64,000 nt of DNA from a virus (taxonomy: Duplodnaviria; Caudoviricetes), in IMG/VR virus record IMGVR_UViG_3300012979_000039, positions 9,055 to 73,054 of that record; one strand, given 5' to 3'. Position numbers and translations under genes: made by a program. The notes beneath the pieces are model-generated. The model did not search any database. It saw only the letters and a list, made by a program, of their open reading frames with translations, and was not told the DNA's origin. Shown here one piece after another: positions 48,255 through 55,895 of the stretch (positions are counted from its first letter, which is position 1; every line of letters starts with the position of its first letter).

Positions 48255-48304
48255 GAAAAACTTTTGTAAAAATTATTAAAAATATTGTTTAAAATTTTTA
48301 GAGT

Positions 48305-48496
48305 ATGCCAGAATTAAAGACAGAAATCGAAAAGCGCAGGGACGAGAGAAACAGAAGTATCTGCTCTGAGTTTAAGAAGCTTAAGGAGAAAGACACGTCA
48401 CTATCTACTCACCGCATTGCATCGCATTTAGCAGAGAAGTATAACCTTACTACCCAGGCGATAACCCTTATCGTCAAGGCGGCTAATCTCTGCTGA
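48305..48496 (+). CDS. Cro-like HTH protein
   Basis: Small HTH divergent from cI. Confidence 0.65.
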   Translation: MPELKTEIEKRRDERNRSICSEFKKLKEKDTSLSTHRIASHLAEKYNLTTQAITLIVKAANLC

Positions 48497-48498
48497 TT

Positions 48499-48699
48499 AT
48501 GATTACCGGAATCAAGCCAAACGTGAACAAGGAGCGCAGGTATTCAGTGCCTGAGACCTATACACTTCTTGGCATCAATCGCAAGACACTGATGAAGTAC
48601 ACGGAGCGGCAGCAGATTATCCCAATCGTACACTCGGCTAATAACCGCCTATACTACACGGGAGAAGAAATACTCCGCTTCTGGAACGCAGTTTCATAA
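48499..48699 (+). CDS. Excisionase-like (MerR-type HTH) protein
   Basis: RYSVPETYTLLGINRKTLMKY..YYTGEEILRFW. Confidence 0.75.
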   Translation: MITGIKPNVNKERRYSVPETYTLLGINRKTLMKYTERQQIIPIVHSANNRLYYTGEEILRFWNAVS

Positions 48700-48723
48700 C
48701 ATTAACATTTTAATACTACACAA

Positions 48724-49584
48724 ATGGAAACATTACAAGTGACTCAGATTCAGAGAGCAGAAACACTTGAAGCTCTCAATCGTTCTGAAATCGACATCCA
48801 GATTTCAACAGCAAAGAAGTTCCCTCGTTCAGTGGAACAGTCAACCAAGAGGATAATGGCACTTGCCACTATTGATGAAGAAACCGCACAAGAGTGCTTT
48901 TACTCCCTCCGCAGGGGCAAAGGCGAAAGTGCATCAGCAGTAGAAGGACCGAGCGTAAGACTTGCGGAGATCGTCGCAGCATCTTGGGGCAATCTCAGAG
49001 TTCAGTCGCAGGTTGTGAGCAATGACGGCAAGTTCATCACAGCAAGGGGTATATGTCACGACCTCGAAACTAACACCGCAGTATCTTGTGAAGTGCAGAG
49101 AAGAATCACTGACAAGTACGGCAAGACATTCAGCGAAGATATGCAGGTCGTTACCGGCAACGCGGCTGGCGCAATCGCCTTTAGAAATGCCGTATTCAAG
49201 GTAGTGCCAAAGGCAGTGATAAACAATACCGTCAAGGCAATCAAACAGGTGGCAATCGGTCAAGCAAACAATCTTGAGGAACGCAAGAGCAATATGCTCA
49301 AGTTCTTTGCTTCTATCGGCGTGACAAGGGAAATGGTGCTGTCGTACCTTGAGGTCGAGGCAACCGAGCAGATAGATATGGAAATGGTAATGGAAATGGT
49401 TGGTCTTGTCAACGCAATCAAGGAAGGCACGACCACAAAGGAGGAAGCCCTTATCAATCCATACAACGAGAAGATGCGCAGCAAGACCGCTACAAAAGCA
49501 GCAACAGCAACACAGAGCAAGGTCGCAGCAGCATTGCAGAAGCAGGGCGAGGGAATGTTTGAAGATGATCTTCCAAACGCATAG
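48724..49584 (+). CDS. Putative single-strand annealing/recombination protein
   Basis: EIDIQISTAKKFPRS and GPSVRLAEI; adjacent to the YqaJ gene. Confidence 0.6.
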   Translation: METLQVTQIQRAETLEALNRSEIDIQISTAKKFPRSVEQSTKRIMALATIDEETAQECFYSLRRGKGESASAVEGPSVRLAEIVAASWGNLRVQSQVVSNDGKFITARGICHDLETNTAVSCEVQRRITDKYGKTFSEDMQVVTGNAAGAIAFRNAVFKVVPKAVINNTVKAIKQVAIGQANNLEERKSNMLKFFASIGVTREMVLSYLEVEATEQIDMEMVMEMVGLVNAIKEGTTTKEEALINPYNEKMRSKTATKAATATQSKVAAALQKQGEGMFEDDLPNA

Positions 49585-49611
49585 AGGGCAGCTACTTAAT
49601 ACTACACGCAA

Positions 49612-50580
49612 ATGGCTAATTTCACAATCAGAGCCAATAATCACAAAGAGTGGTTGGAGGCAAGGAAAGGAGGTATCGGTGCATCAGAGATAGGCACCAT
49701 CCTCGGTGTCAATCCATACGACACTCCTTATCAGTTGTGGCTCCGCAAGACAGGCAGAGTACAGGAAGTAGAGAGCGAGAACTTCCTAATGAAAGCGGGA
49801 CACTATCTTGAAGATGCAATCTCAAAGTTCTGTGCCGATGAAACCGGCATCGAGATCATCAAGCGTTCCGCAGAGGAGTTCGTCGTAGTCAATCAAGATA
49901 AGCAGTTCCTCCGTGTTAGTCCCGACCGATATGCTTGGCTGCCTAATGCGAAGCACACACAAGATAACAAGGTTGTCGTTGAATGCAAGTCAACACAGAA
50001 GCAGATATTCGATGATGATATTCCTCTCACTTGGTTCACGCAGGTGATATATCAACTTGGCGTGTGCGAAATGAATCAGGCATATCTTGCTTGGCTGACA
50101 CAAGGCAGGGACTTCGGATATAAGCATATCGTTTTTGACAAGGACTTCTACAATGATGTAATCGTTGCGGAAATCGAAAAGTTCTGGGTTGATAACATCC
50201 TCGGAGACCAGGAGCCTGCTCTTTTGAACATCGAAGATGTGAAGAGAAAGTATCCGATTCACAATGTCGGAAAGTCAGTCGAAGCGACAGATGAACTCCT
50301 TGACAGGTATCACACTCTTGTCGATGTGAATGCAAAGATAAAGGAACTTTCGGCTATCAAAACAGAGGCCGAGAATGCCCTCAAATTTGCCCTTCAAGAC
50401 GCGGAAAGTCTAATTATACCAGCGACAAACGAAATGCCGTTCAAGACCCTTGCTACTTGGAAAGCAGCCAAGGAATCAAGCAAGTTCGACGAGAAGGCAT
50501 TTGCAGCGGAGAATCCAGAACTGTATTCAAGATATATGGTCACTACTCCGGGCAGTCGCAGATTCATGCTTAAACAGTAA
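49612..50580 (+). CDS. YqaJ-like viral recombinase/exonuclease
   Basis: EWLEARKGGIGASE, SPDR, ECKST and QVIYQLGV motifs. Confidence 0.9.
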   Translation: MANFTIRANNHKEWLEARKGGIGASEIGTILGVNPYDTPYQLWLRKTGRVQEVESENFLMKAGHYLEDAISKFCADETGIEIIKRSAEEFVVVNQDKQFLRVSPDRYAWLPNAKHTQDNKVVVECKSTQKQIFDDDIPLTWFTQVIYQLGVCEMNQAYLAWLTQGRDFGYKHIVFDKDFYNDVIVAEIEKFWVDNILGDQEPALLNIEDVKRKYPIHNVGKSVEATDELLDRYHTLVDVNAKIKELSAIKTEAENALKFALQDAESLIIPATNEMPFKTLATWKAAKESSKFDEKAFAAENPELYSRYMVTTPGSRRFMLKQ

Positions 50581-50636
50581 TTCACTATGCTATGTGCTGA
50601 GATTTTGTCTTGGCACATAGCTTAAATTGTATCTAT

Positions 50637-50951
50637 ATGGAATATAAAGAAATTACAATAAAGCTCCCAATCATCAAAGTAAAGCAGAATGTGGATATAT
50701 ACTCCTATGATTGGGCAAAAGATAATACCCCAGAGGGAATGTATATTGTTGACAACGGTATAATTCGTTTCCTTTGCTCTAGACACTTGGATTATTCTCC
50801 GAGTTGTATGGAACTGCCGACCGGTATCATCGACTCTGCTATTGCTCACGAAGTTCAAGAAACAACATTGGTGCAAGTCCTCGCAGCTCTCAATTCAATG
50901 CTCGAAGCCCTTAAAGACAATTCTGACAAGATAAGAGAGGCGAAAAAATAG
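50637..50951 (+). CDS. Hypothetical protein
   Basis: ATG 50637; operon. Confidence 0.55.
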   Translation: MEYKEITIKLPIIKVKQNVDIYSYDWAKDNTPEGMYIVDNGIIRFLCSRHLDYSPSCMELPTGIIDSAIAHEVQETTLVQVLAALNSMLEALKDNSDKIREAKK

Positions 50952-50957
50952 ATTATT

Positions 50958-51185
50958 ATGAAAGAATTGTTACATGAATTAAGGCTTGACACTCTGATTC
51001 AAGGTATGGATGTCAGCAGTTATATCGCACAGTTGCTTGAGAAGAATGACAACCAGGAGATTGAGATAGAGAGAGGCAAGTTGAGTGTTGCGATGCTCAA
51101 GCAGATGAATAATCACAGTCGCTTGGTGCTTGATGCTTACAAGTACAAGTTGAAGGCTTCTGAATTGAAGAATATAGAACCGTAA
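50958..51185 (+). CDS. Hypothetical protein
   Basis: 75 aa, directly upstream of scaffold copy A. Confidence 0.55.
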   Translation: MKELLHELRLDTLIQGMDVSSYIAQLLEKNDNQEIEIERGKLSVAMLKQMNNHSRLVLDAYKYKLKASELKNIEP

Positions 51186-51194
51186 ATAATAACA

Positions 51195-51295
51195 ATCGGG
51201 TAGGCTGTACTACCTTAATACGAGGGAATTTTCCACTCGGAAAGACTGTCTAACTAGTTGCTATACAGCTACAGCACGCCCCACATCGTTTTATC
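51195..51295 (+). ncRNA. Guide-RNA scaffold copy A (single-guide/omega-RNA-like) upstream of dCas12f
   Basis: GGTAG-GCTGTA-CTACC hairpin whose loop is complementary to downstream TACAGC (51264..51269 and 51270..51275); paralogous to 52467..52514. Confidence 0.65.
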
Positions 51296-51305
51296 CTAAA
51301 TCGCT

Positions 51306-52457
51306 ATGGTTATCACAAGAAGAATTGAAGTCTTTATCTGCGAGGATGATAAAGACCTCCGTAAGTCGTATTACGAAAAACTCTACGACAACAGTAAGGC
51401 GGCAGTCGCTACCGCTAATATGGCTATCTCGCATTTGTATATGCTTGACAATACAACCCCTTATCTCTCGGAAGAAGATAGAGAGAAGATAGTCTATCTC
51501 GGAGCAAAGGGAAGTGCTGCAACAAGAAACAATGCACCCTATGTCAAGGCTTCCGAGATGTTCAAAGGAAAGGCGGATATGGGTATGCTTTCCTGCGTAT
51601 GTCAGGAAGTACGAAAGGTCTATCAGGACGACCGAAAGAAAGGAATGTGGAATAGGTCACTCCGTTCATATAAGGCGAATATGCCAATGCCGTTTAAGGC
51701 GGAAAGATTCTGTGATCTTCGCATTTCCGAATATCACGATAAGGAAGATACTGTCCGCAAAGGGTGCCTCTTCACTCTTATGGGTATCCCTTTCCAATGT
51801 AGATTCGGCAGGGATAGGAGTAACAACAGAGTGATTGTGGAAAGAGTCATAGAGGGAGATTACAAGATGTGTACATCTTCCATTCAGATTGATGGGAAGA
51901 AGATATATCTGCTTTTGCGTGTCGATATTCCTGTTCAGGAACATAAACTGACAGAGGGTAAACAGATATTCGCCTTCCTTGGAGTAATGAATCCTATTGT
52001 ATGCACTACGGATATAAATTATAATCTCTGTGGCGAGAGCAAGACCAAGAGTGTTGTTTGGGAGATAGGAACAAAGGAAGAGTTCAACTATCGCAGAAGG
52101 CAGATTCAGGAAGCGGTTTGGAGATGTCAGAAGCAGAACAAATATAGCACGGGAGGTAAGGGCAGAAAGAGGAAGTGTCAGGCAATAGAACGATACCACG
52201 AAAAGGAAATGAACTATGTAGACACGAAACTCCATACTTATTCCCGTGAACTGGTGGATTTAGCCATCAAGCACAAGTGTAGTGAGATAGTTCTCATGTC
52301 GCAGAAGAAGAGGGAAGAGAAAGCCAAGAAGGACAACGCAGTTGAAGAGAAGAACAATCATGAAGAGTTCGTCCTTCGCAACTGGTCTTACTATGGCTTG
52401 AAGGAGAAGATTTCCTACAAGTGTAAGATGGCCGGGATTAAGTTGATAGAAGAATAA
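51306..52457 (+). CDS. cas12f: Nuclease-dead Cas12f/TnpB-like RNA-guided DNA-binding protein
   Basis: RuvC-I FAFLGVMNP (D replaced by F), bridge helix ..YVDTKLHTYSRELV, RuvC-II IVLMSQ (E replaced by M), LRNWSYYGLKEKISYKCKMAGI; ends before the Zn finger/RuvC-III; adjacent CRISPR array. Confidence 0.85.
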   Translation: MVITRRIEVFICEDDKDLRKSYYEKLYDNSKAAVATANMAISHLYMLDNTTPYLSEEDREKIVYLGAKGSAATRNNAPYVKASEMFKGKADMGMLSCVCQEVRKVYQDDRKKGMWNRSLRSYKANMPMPFKAERFCDLRISEYHDKEDTVRKGCLFTLMGIPFQCRFGRDRSNNRVIVERVIEGDYKMCTSSIQIDGKKIYLLLRVDIPVQEHKLTEGKQIFAFLGVMNPIVCTTDINYNLCGESKTKSVVWEIGTKEEFNYRRRQIQEAVWRCQKQNKYSTGGKGRKRKCQAIERYHEKEMNYVDTKLHTYSRELVDLAIKHKCSEIVLMSQKKREEKAKKDNAVEEKNNHEEFVLRNWSYYGLKEKISYKCKMAGIKLIEE

Positions 52458-52466
52458 AGACAATAT

Positions 52467-52555
52467 ATCGGGGTGGTTGCACACCCTTAACGGGAGGATT
52501 TCTCACTCCTGAAATACCTTTACGAAAGTGGTTTGTAGGTAGTTATGTCGGATAG
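52467..52555 (+). ncRNA. tracrRNA-like scaffold copy B / array leader
   Basis: GGGTG-GTTGCA-CACCC hairpin with loop complementary to the repeat end TGCAAC; ATACCTT complementary to repeat AAGGTAT. Confidence 0.7.
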
Positions 52556-52747
52556 GTTGTAAATACCTATAAAACTTAAGGTATATGCAACTCCTCTGTG
52601 TTTATGGAAAATTCAATCTGTTGTAAATACCTATAAAAACTCAAGGTATATGCAACATCGGAGAAAACTTGCCCTCATAAAGACGGTTGTAAACACCTAT
52701 AAAATTCAAGGTATATGCAACAACAGCCACAAACTACAATATGCAAC
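52556..52747 (+). CRISPR. CRISPR mini-array: 3 full repeats, 2 full spacers and a degenerate end
   Basis: Repeat GTTGTAAATACCTATAAAACTTAAGGTATATGCAAC at 52556..52591, 52620..52656 (37 nt) and 52686..52721; spacers of 28 and 29 nt; remnant ATATGCAAC at 52739..52747. Confidence 0.92.
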
Positions 52748-52794
52748 GAGGACAATTTTATCTTATCTAAACAAATTGTTTAATAAATAGGCAA

Positions 52795-52974
52795 ATGGAA
52801 ATATTAAAAAAAGGAACAACTGAACATTTCCCGAAAAGGAAGTTTACTTGCCCCGACTGTGGGTGTGTATATATAGCGAAATGGAACGAGGTAAATAAGT
52901 TTCCAATACCTCATACTATTTGCCCGACCTGTGAAAGACAAATAGATTGGGCGGACGGTGCGGATATAGAATAA
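52795..52974 (+). CDS. Small zinc-ribbon protein (59 aa) missed by the ORF track
   Basis: CPDCGC ... CPTC; ATG..TAA read by hand. Confidence 0.7.
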   Translation: MEILKKGTTEHFPKRKFTCPDCGCVYIAKWNEVNKFPIPHTICPTCERQIDWADGADIE

Positions 52975-52985
52975 AGCATATCAAA

Positions 52986-53648
52986 ATGAATATAGAAGTA
53001 TTGAATAAGGTTGATATAAGTTCCTTGAAAGAGCGAGTGATGCAAGGGCGGTTTATCAAGGTGCTGCCGGCATCCGTCTGGCGTGAATATGATTGGGCAG
53101 CAGTCCGTCAGTTGATGCACGAAACAGGAACTTATGTTCTTCCAACGCAAGAGTTGATTGATTATCTCGCAAGAGAGATAGAGGGAATGCGAACCATTGA
53201 GATAGGTGCAGGTAACGGCGTAGTCGGCAGAACTCTCGGAATACCGATTACGGACAGTTGCTTGCAGAGGGACAACAAGGCTGTAAGGCAGCATTACGCC
53301 ATTTGTGGTCAGCCGATAATAAACTACCCAAAGGATATTATCAAAGCCGAAGCAATGGAGGCTGTAAGGCGTTTTAAGCCGGAGGCGGTTATTGGTTGCT
53401 ATGTCACTCACAAGTGGCGCAACGACACGCAGTCCGGCAACGATTGGGGCATCGACTTTGAGCGACTGCTTGCCTCTGTCAAGAAATTCATTCTTGTAGG
53501 CAACAGAGTGACGCACAGAGATAATCCGATAATGGTTTTGCCGCACATAGAAGAACGATTCCCTGGTCTTATCACAAGAGCAGGAATAGACGAACCAACT
53601 AACTGTGTTTTTATATGGGAAAGAGAGAGAGTAAACGCAGAGTGTTAA
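52986..53648 (+). CDS. Class I SAM-dependent methyltransferase-like protein
   Basis: TIEIGAGNGVVG motif I; start at ATG 52986. Confidence 0.65.
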   Translation: MNIEVLNKVDISSLKERVMQGRFIKVLPASVWREYDWAAVRQLMHETGTYVLPTQELIDYLAREIEGMRTIEIGAGNGVVGRTLGIPITDSCLQRDNKAVRQHYAICGQPIINYPKDIIKAEAMEAVRRFKPEAVIGCYVTHKWRNDTQSGNDWGIDFERLLASVKKFILVGNRVTHRDNPIMVLPHIEERFPGLITRAGIDEPTNCVFIWERERVNAEC

Positions 53649-53923
53649 GAGTTATCCGACACATCAACAAGGTTATTCGCAAGCAGGGAGTATATAGTTG
53701 CGTGGTTGCTGAAATCTATGATTCATCTTTGAGAAAAATAACGAAGCACGCACCGGCTTGGTATGAGACTACTTGGCACGATGACCGTATCCTTGCTCTC
53801 CGATTCTTGAGAAGCAAAGGCTATGTGGTTAGTGTGCGACAGCAATGGGCGAATAGTCCGTCCTACTTCAAAGGAGAATTGTTCTATATGAATATGACAA
53901 GGATATCAATTAGTAAACCGTAA
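53615..53923 (+). CDS. Hypothetical protein
   Basis: Operon. Confidence 0.5.
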   Translation: MGKRESKRRVLRVIRHINKVIRKQGVYSCVVAEIYDSSLRKITKHAPAWYETTWHDDRILALRFLRSKGYVVSVRQQWANSPSYFKGELFYMNMTRISISKP

Positions 53924-53929
53924 TGAGAT

Positions 53930-54112
53930 ATGAAAAGACTGTTTTTTAGACTGCGGTACTACCTGTATAAAGAGAAAGACCGCAATGGCCGGTGGGCGAT
54001 AATCGTCCGCGACAAAAGAAAGAAGAAAGAGTACATCCTTTGCGAGAAGTATCTTGCAAAGAAAAGTGCCGAGGATAGAATTAAGGAGATATATAAAGAA
54101 GGAGAATGGTAG
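53930..54112 (+). CDS. Hypothetical protein
   Basis: Operon. Confidence 0.45.
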   Translation: MKRLFFRLRYYLYKEKDRNGRWAIIVRDKRKKKEYILCEKYLAKKSAEDRIKEIYKEGEW

Positions 54113-54113
54113 T

Positions 54114-54296
54114 ATGAAGCACATTGAAATATCATGCAACTCGCTTGCAGAGTGCTATGCACGATTAAGAGACTGCGATTTGATTTATGTCTCCGACCTC
54201 GGCAAGAAGTCGAAGGTTGTGATTGACATAGACACGGACTCGCCATTCGATGGGTCGTTTATCAATATACCAGAGTGTGAGGAGGAAAGGTTATGA
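54114..54296 (+). CDS. Hypothetical protein
   Basis: ATG 54114; stop overlaps the next start. Confidence 0.5.
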   Translation: MKHIEISCNSLAECYARLRDCDLIYVSDLGKKSKVVIDIDTDSPFDGSFINIPECEEERL

Positions 54297-54682
54297 AAAC
54301 GCTTGACTTAGTATTGAAGCGAAAGTGGTTTGAGATGATCGCATCCGGGGAAAAGACCGAAGAGTATAGGGAGATCAAGCCGTACTGGATAAAGAGGCTT
54401 ATAGAGGAGAGAGACCCTGCACATCACGACTACTATGAGAAAATAACAAGCATTCGTGCTGAGTTCTTTTCCGATAGAGTCATTATGTTACAGTATTACT
54501 TGGAAGAAGGTTTTGTTAGACGCAAGAACTATGACACTGTGACATTCTACCTCGGCTACTCAAAAGACCGACCTTCGATGACGTTCAAAATAAAAGACAT
54601 CGTTATTTCAAGAGGGAAGCAAGAATGGGGTGCAGTATATGGAGAATACTATTTTGTATTAAAATTAGGAGAAAGATTATGA
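54293..54682 (+). CDS. ASCH/PUA-like domain protein
   Basis: LDLVLKRKWFEMIASGEKTEEYREIKPYW motif. Confidence 0.8.
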   Translation: MKTLDLVLKRKWFEMIASGEKTEEYREIKPYWIKRLIEERDPAHHDYYEKITSIRAEFFSDRVIMLQYYLEEGFVRRKNYDTVTFYLGYSKDRPSMTFKIKDIVISRGKQEWGAVYGEYYFVLKLGERL

Positions 54683-54888
54683 AGAACGTAAACACAGGAA
54701 TACTCCTCACGCCAACAGAAGCGAGAGGTATTGCGGACATATTGAGACTAATCGCAAATATGGAAGACTATGACGAGATTATTAGCGAGGACATAGAGGA
54801 TGAACGTAAGTCTGCAAAAAGGCTCTATAACCGCCTCTATCCGTTGCTTCTAATGGGATTCTTAGAGAAAATCCAAGAGAGCAGGTAG
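54679..54888 (+). CDS. Hypothetical protein
   Basis: ATG 54679 coupled to the ASCH stop. Confidence 0.5.
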   Translation: MKNVNTGILLTPTEARGIADILRLIANMEDYDEIISEDIEDERKSAKRLYNRLYPLLLMGFLEKIQESR

Positions 54889-54905
54889 GGAACTAAAATA
54901 TTGCC

Positions 54906-54993
54906 CATTTTTATAAGAAAAATTTTTATTATTTTAAAATATTTTATAATTTTGCCCGGTGATTATAATACAAACACTCTAAACTACACGAAA
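54906..54993 (+). promoter_or_regulatory. Repeated early promoter/operator module, copy 3 (inverted, diverged)
   Basis: Closely matches the reverse complement of 18375..18465; TAATTTTG at 54947..54954; TATTTTAAAATA palindrome. Confidence 0.8.
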
Positions 54994-55158
54994 ATGGAAA
55001 CAATCACTACACGGTATCTCGTACAGCTTAACGGCAAGGGAATCAAGATGGGTAAAAAGAAATTTTACTCAGAAGAAGAACAAGACGCTTTTGAAAAGCA
55101 GATGGAATCGAAGTTCGCTCGCAATGAAATGGACTTGGTTGTTGTAATGTTCCGCTAG
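54994..55158 (+). CDS. Small protein (METITTRY...)
   Basis: ATG after promoter copy 3, with an ACTACACG leader. Confidence 0.65.
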   Translation: METITTRYLVQLNGKGIKMGKKKFYSEEEQDAFEKQMESKFARNEMDLVVVMFR

Positions 55159-55225
55159 TTCTACTTGGCACATAAATCTTGTATAACGAAAACTATATCT
55201 ATTAGGTGATTATAATATAATCGTT

Positions 55226-55501
55226 ATGGCAACAATTTGCACACATTGCAATGGCACAGGGCATACCCCTTACCTTGCGTTCAATATAGTAAGCAGACAG
55301 ACTACTCCCGTTACGGAAACTGCTTGGCTTATGCTCCCCAAAACAGAAGATGAGGCAGAAAGCAAGAATGAGAACTACTGCCGCATAGAAATAGAGAGGT
55401 GTCGCTGTTGTGATGGTGAAGGGGAGGTTGATTGTGACGACCTTGTAAATCAGTGGGACGCCGCAGAACATCGCTGGGAAGAAAGGAGGGATAGAGGATG
55501 A
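55226..55501 (+). CDS. DnaJ-type zinc-finger-like protein
   Basis: CTHCNGTG and CRCCDGEG motifs. Confidence 0.65.
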   Translation: MATICTHCNGTGHTPYLAFNIVSRQTTPVTETAWLMLPKTEDEAESKNENYCRIEIERCRCCDGEGEVDCDDLVNQWDAAEHRWEERRDRG

Positions 55502-55658
55502 TACTTTCAGAAAAAGAGGTCAAGAGGATTCGTGATACTCTGCAACGTATTGAAAATGCCGACAGAAACGGGGCAAAAAGACATTATTTCTCGAATCAGG
55601 CAAGATGTATAAGGCTAATATTGAACAAGGCTGAAAGAAGGGAAAAAGACACGTTGCT

Positions 55659-55883
55659 ATGAACGGACACGCACACAATTTTAAGGACCTTACCGGACAG
55701 AAGATACACCGTCTGTCATTTGTCAGATTCGTAGGACTGAATGAAAATCGTAATGCACGGTGGTTGGTTAGGTGCGAATGCGGTACCACTTTCGAGGTGA
55801 CAGCAGCATCTGTAAAACAAGGACACACCAAGTCATGCGGATGCGTAAGAATAGAAAACAACAAAAAAAGGCATAAACATTAA
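55659..55883 (+). CDS. Isolated N-terminal domain of an AP2/HNH homing-endonuclease-like protein
   Basis: KDLTGQKIHRL..WLVRCECG..GHTKSCGC; no nuclease domain. Confidence 0.6.
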   Translation: MNGHAHNFKDLTGQKIHRLSFVRFVGLNENRNARWLVRCECGTTFEVTAASVKQGHTKSCGCVRIENNKKRHKH

Positions 55884-55895
55884 TAATTAAAAATC

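Noticed and set aside
51306-52457. Active IS200/IS605 transposon or cutting Cas12f
   Set aside because: No TnpA or transposon ends; catalytic residues and the C-terminal RuvC/Zn finger are missing
52592-52738. Self-targeting of spacers within the phage
   Set aside because: Only 8-10 nt partial matches seen (e.g. near 15422, 24120, 59613), which is chance level for 64 kb; the search was by eye, not exhaustive
55659-55883. Functional homing endonuclease
   Set aside because: Only the N-terminal Cys-containing domain is present; no nuclease domain follows
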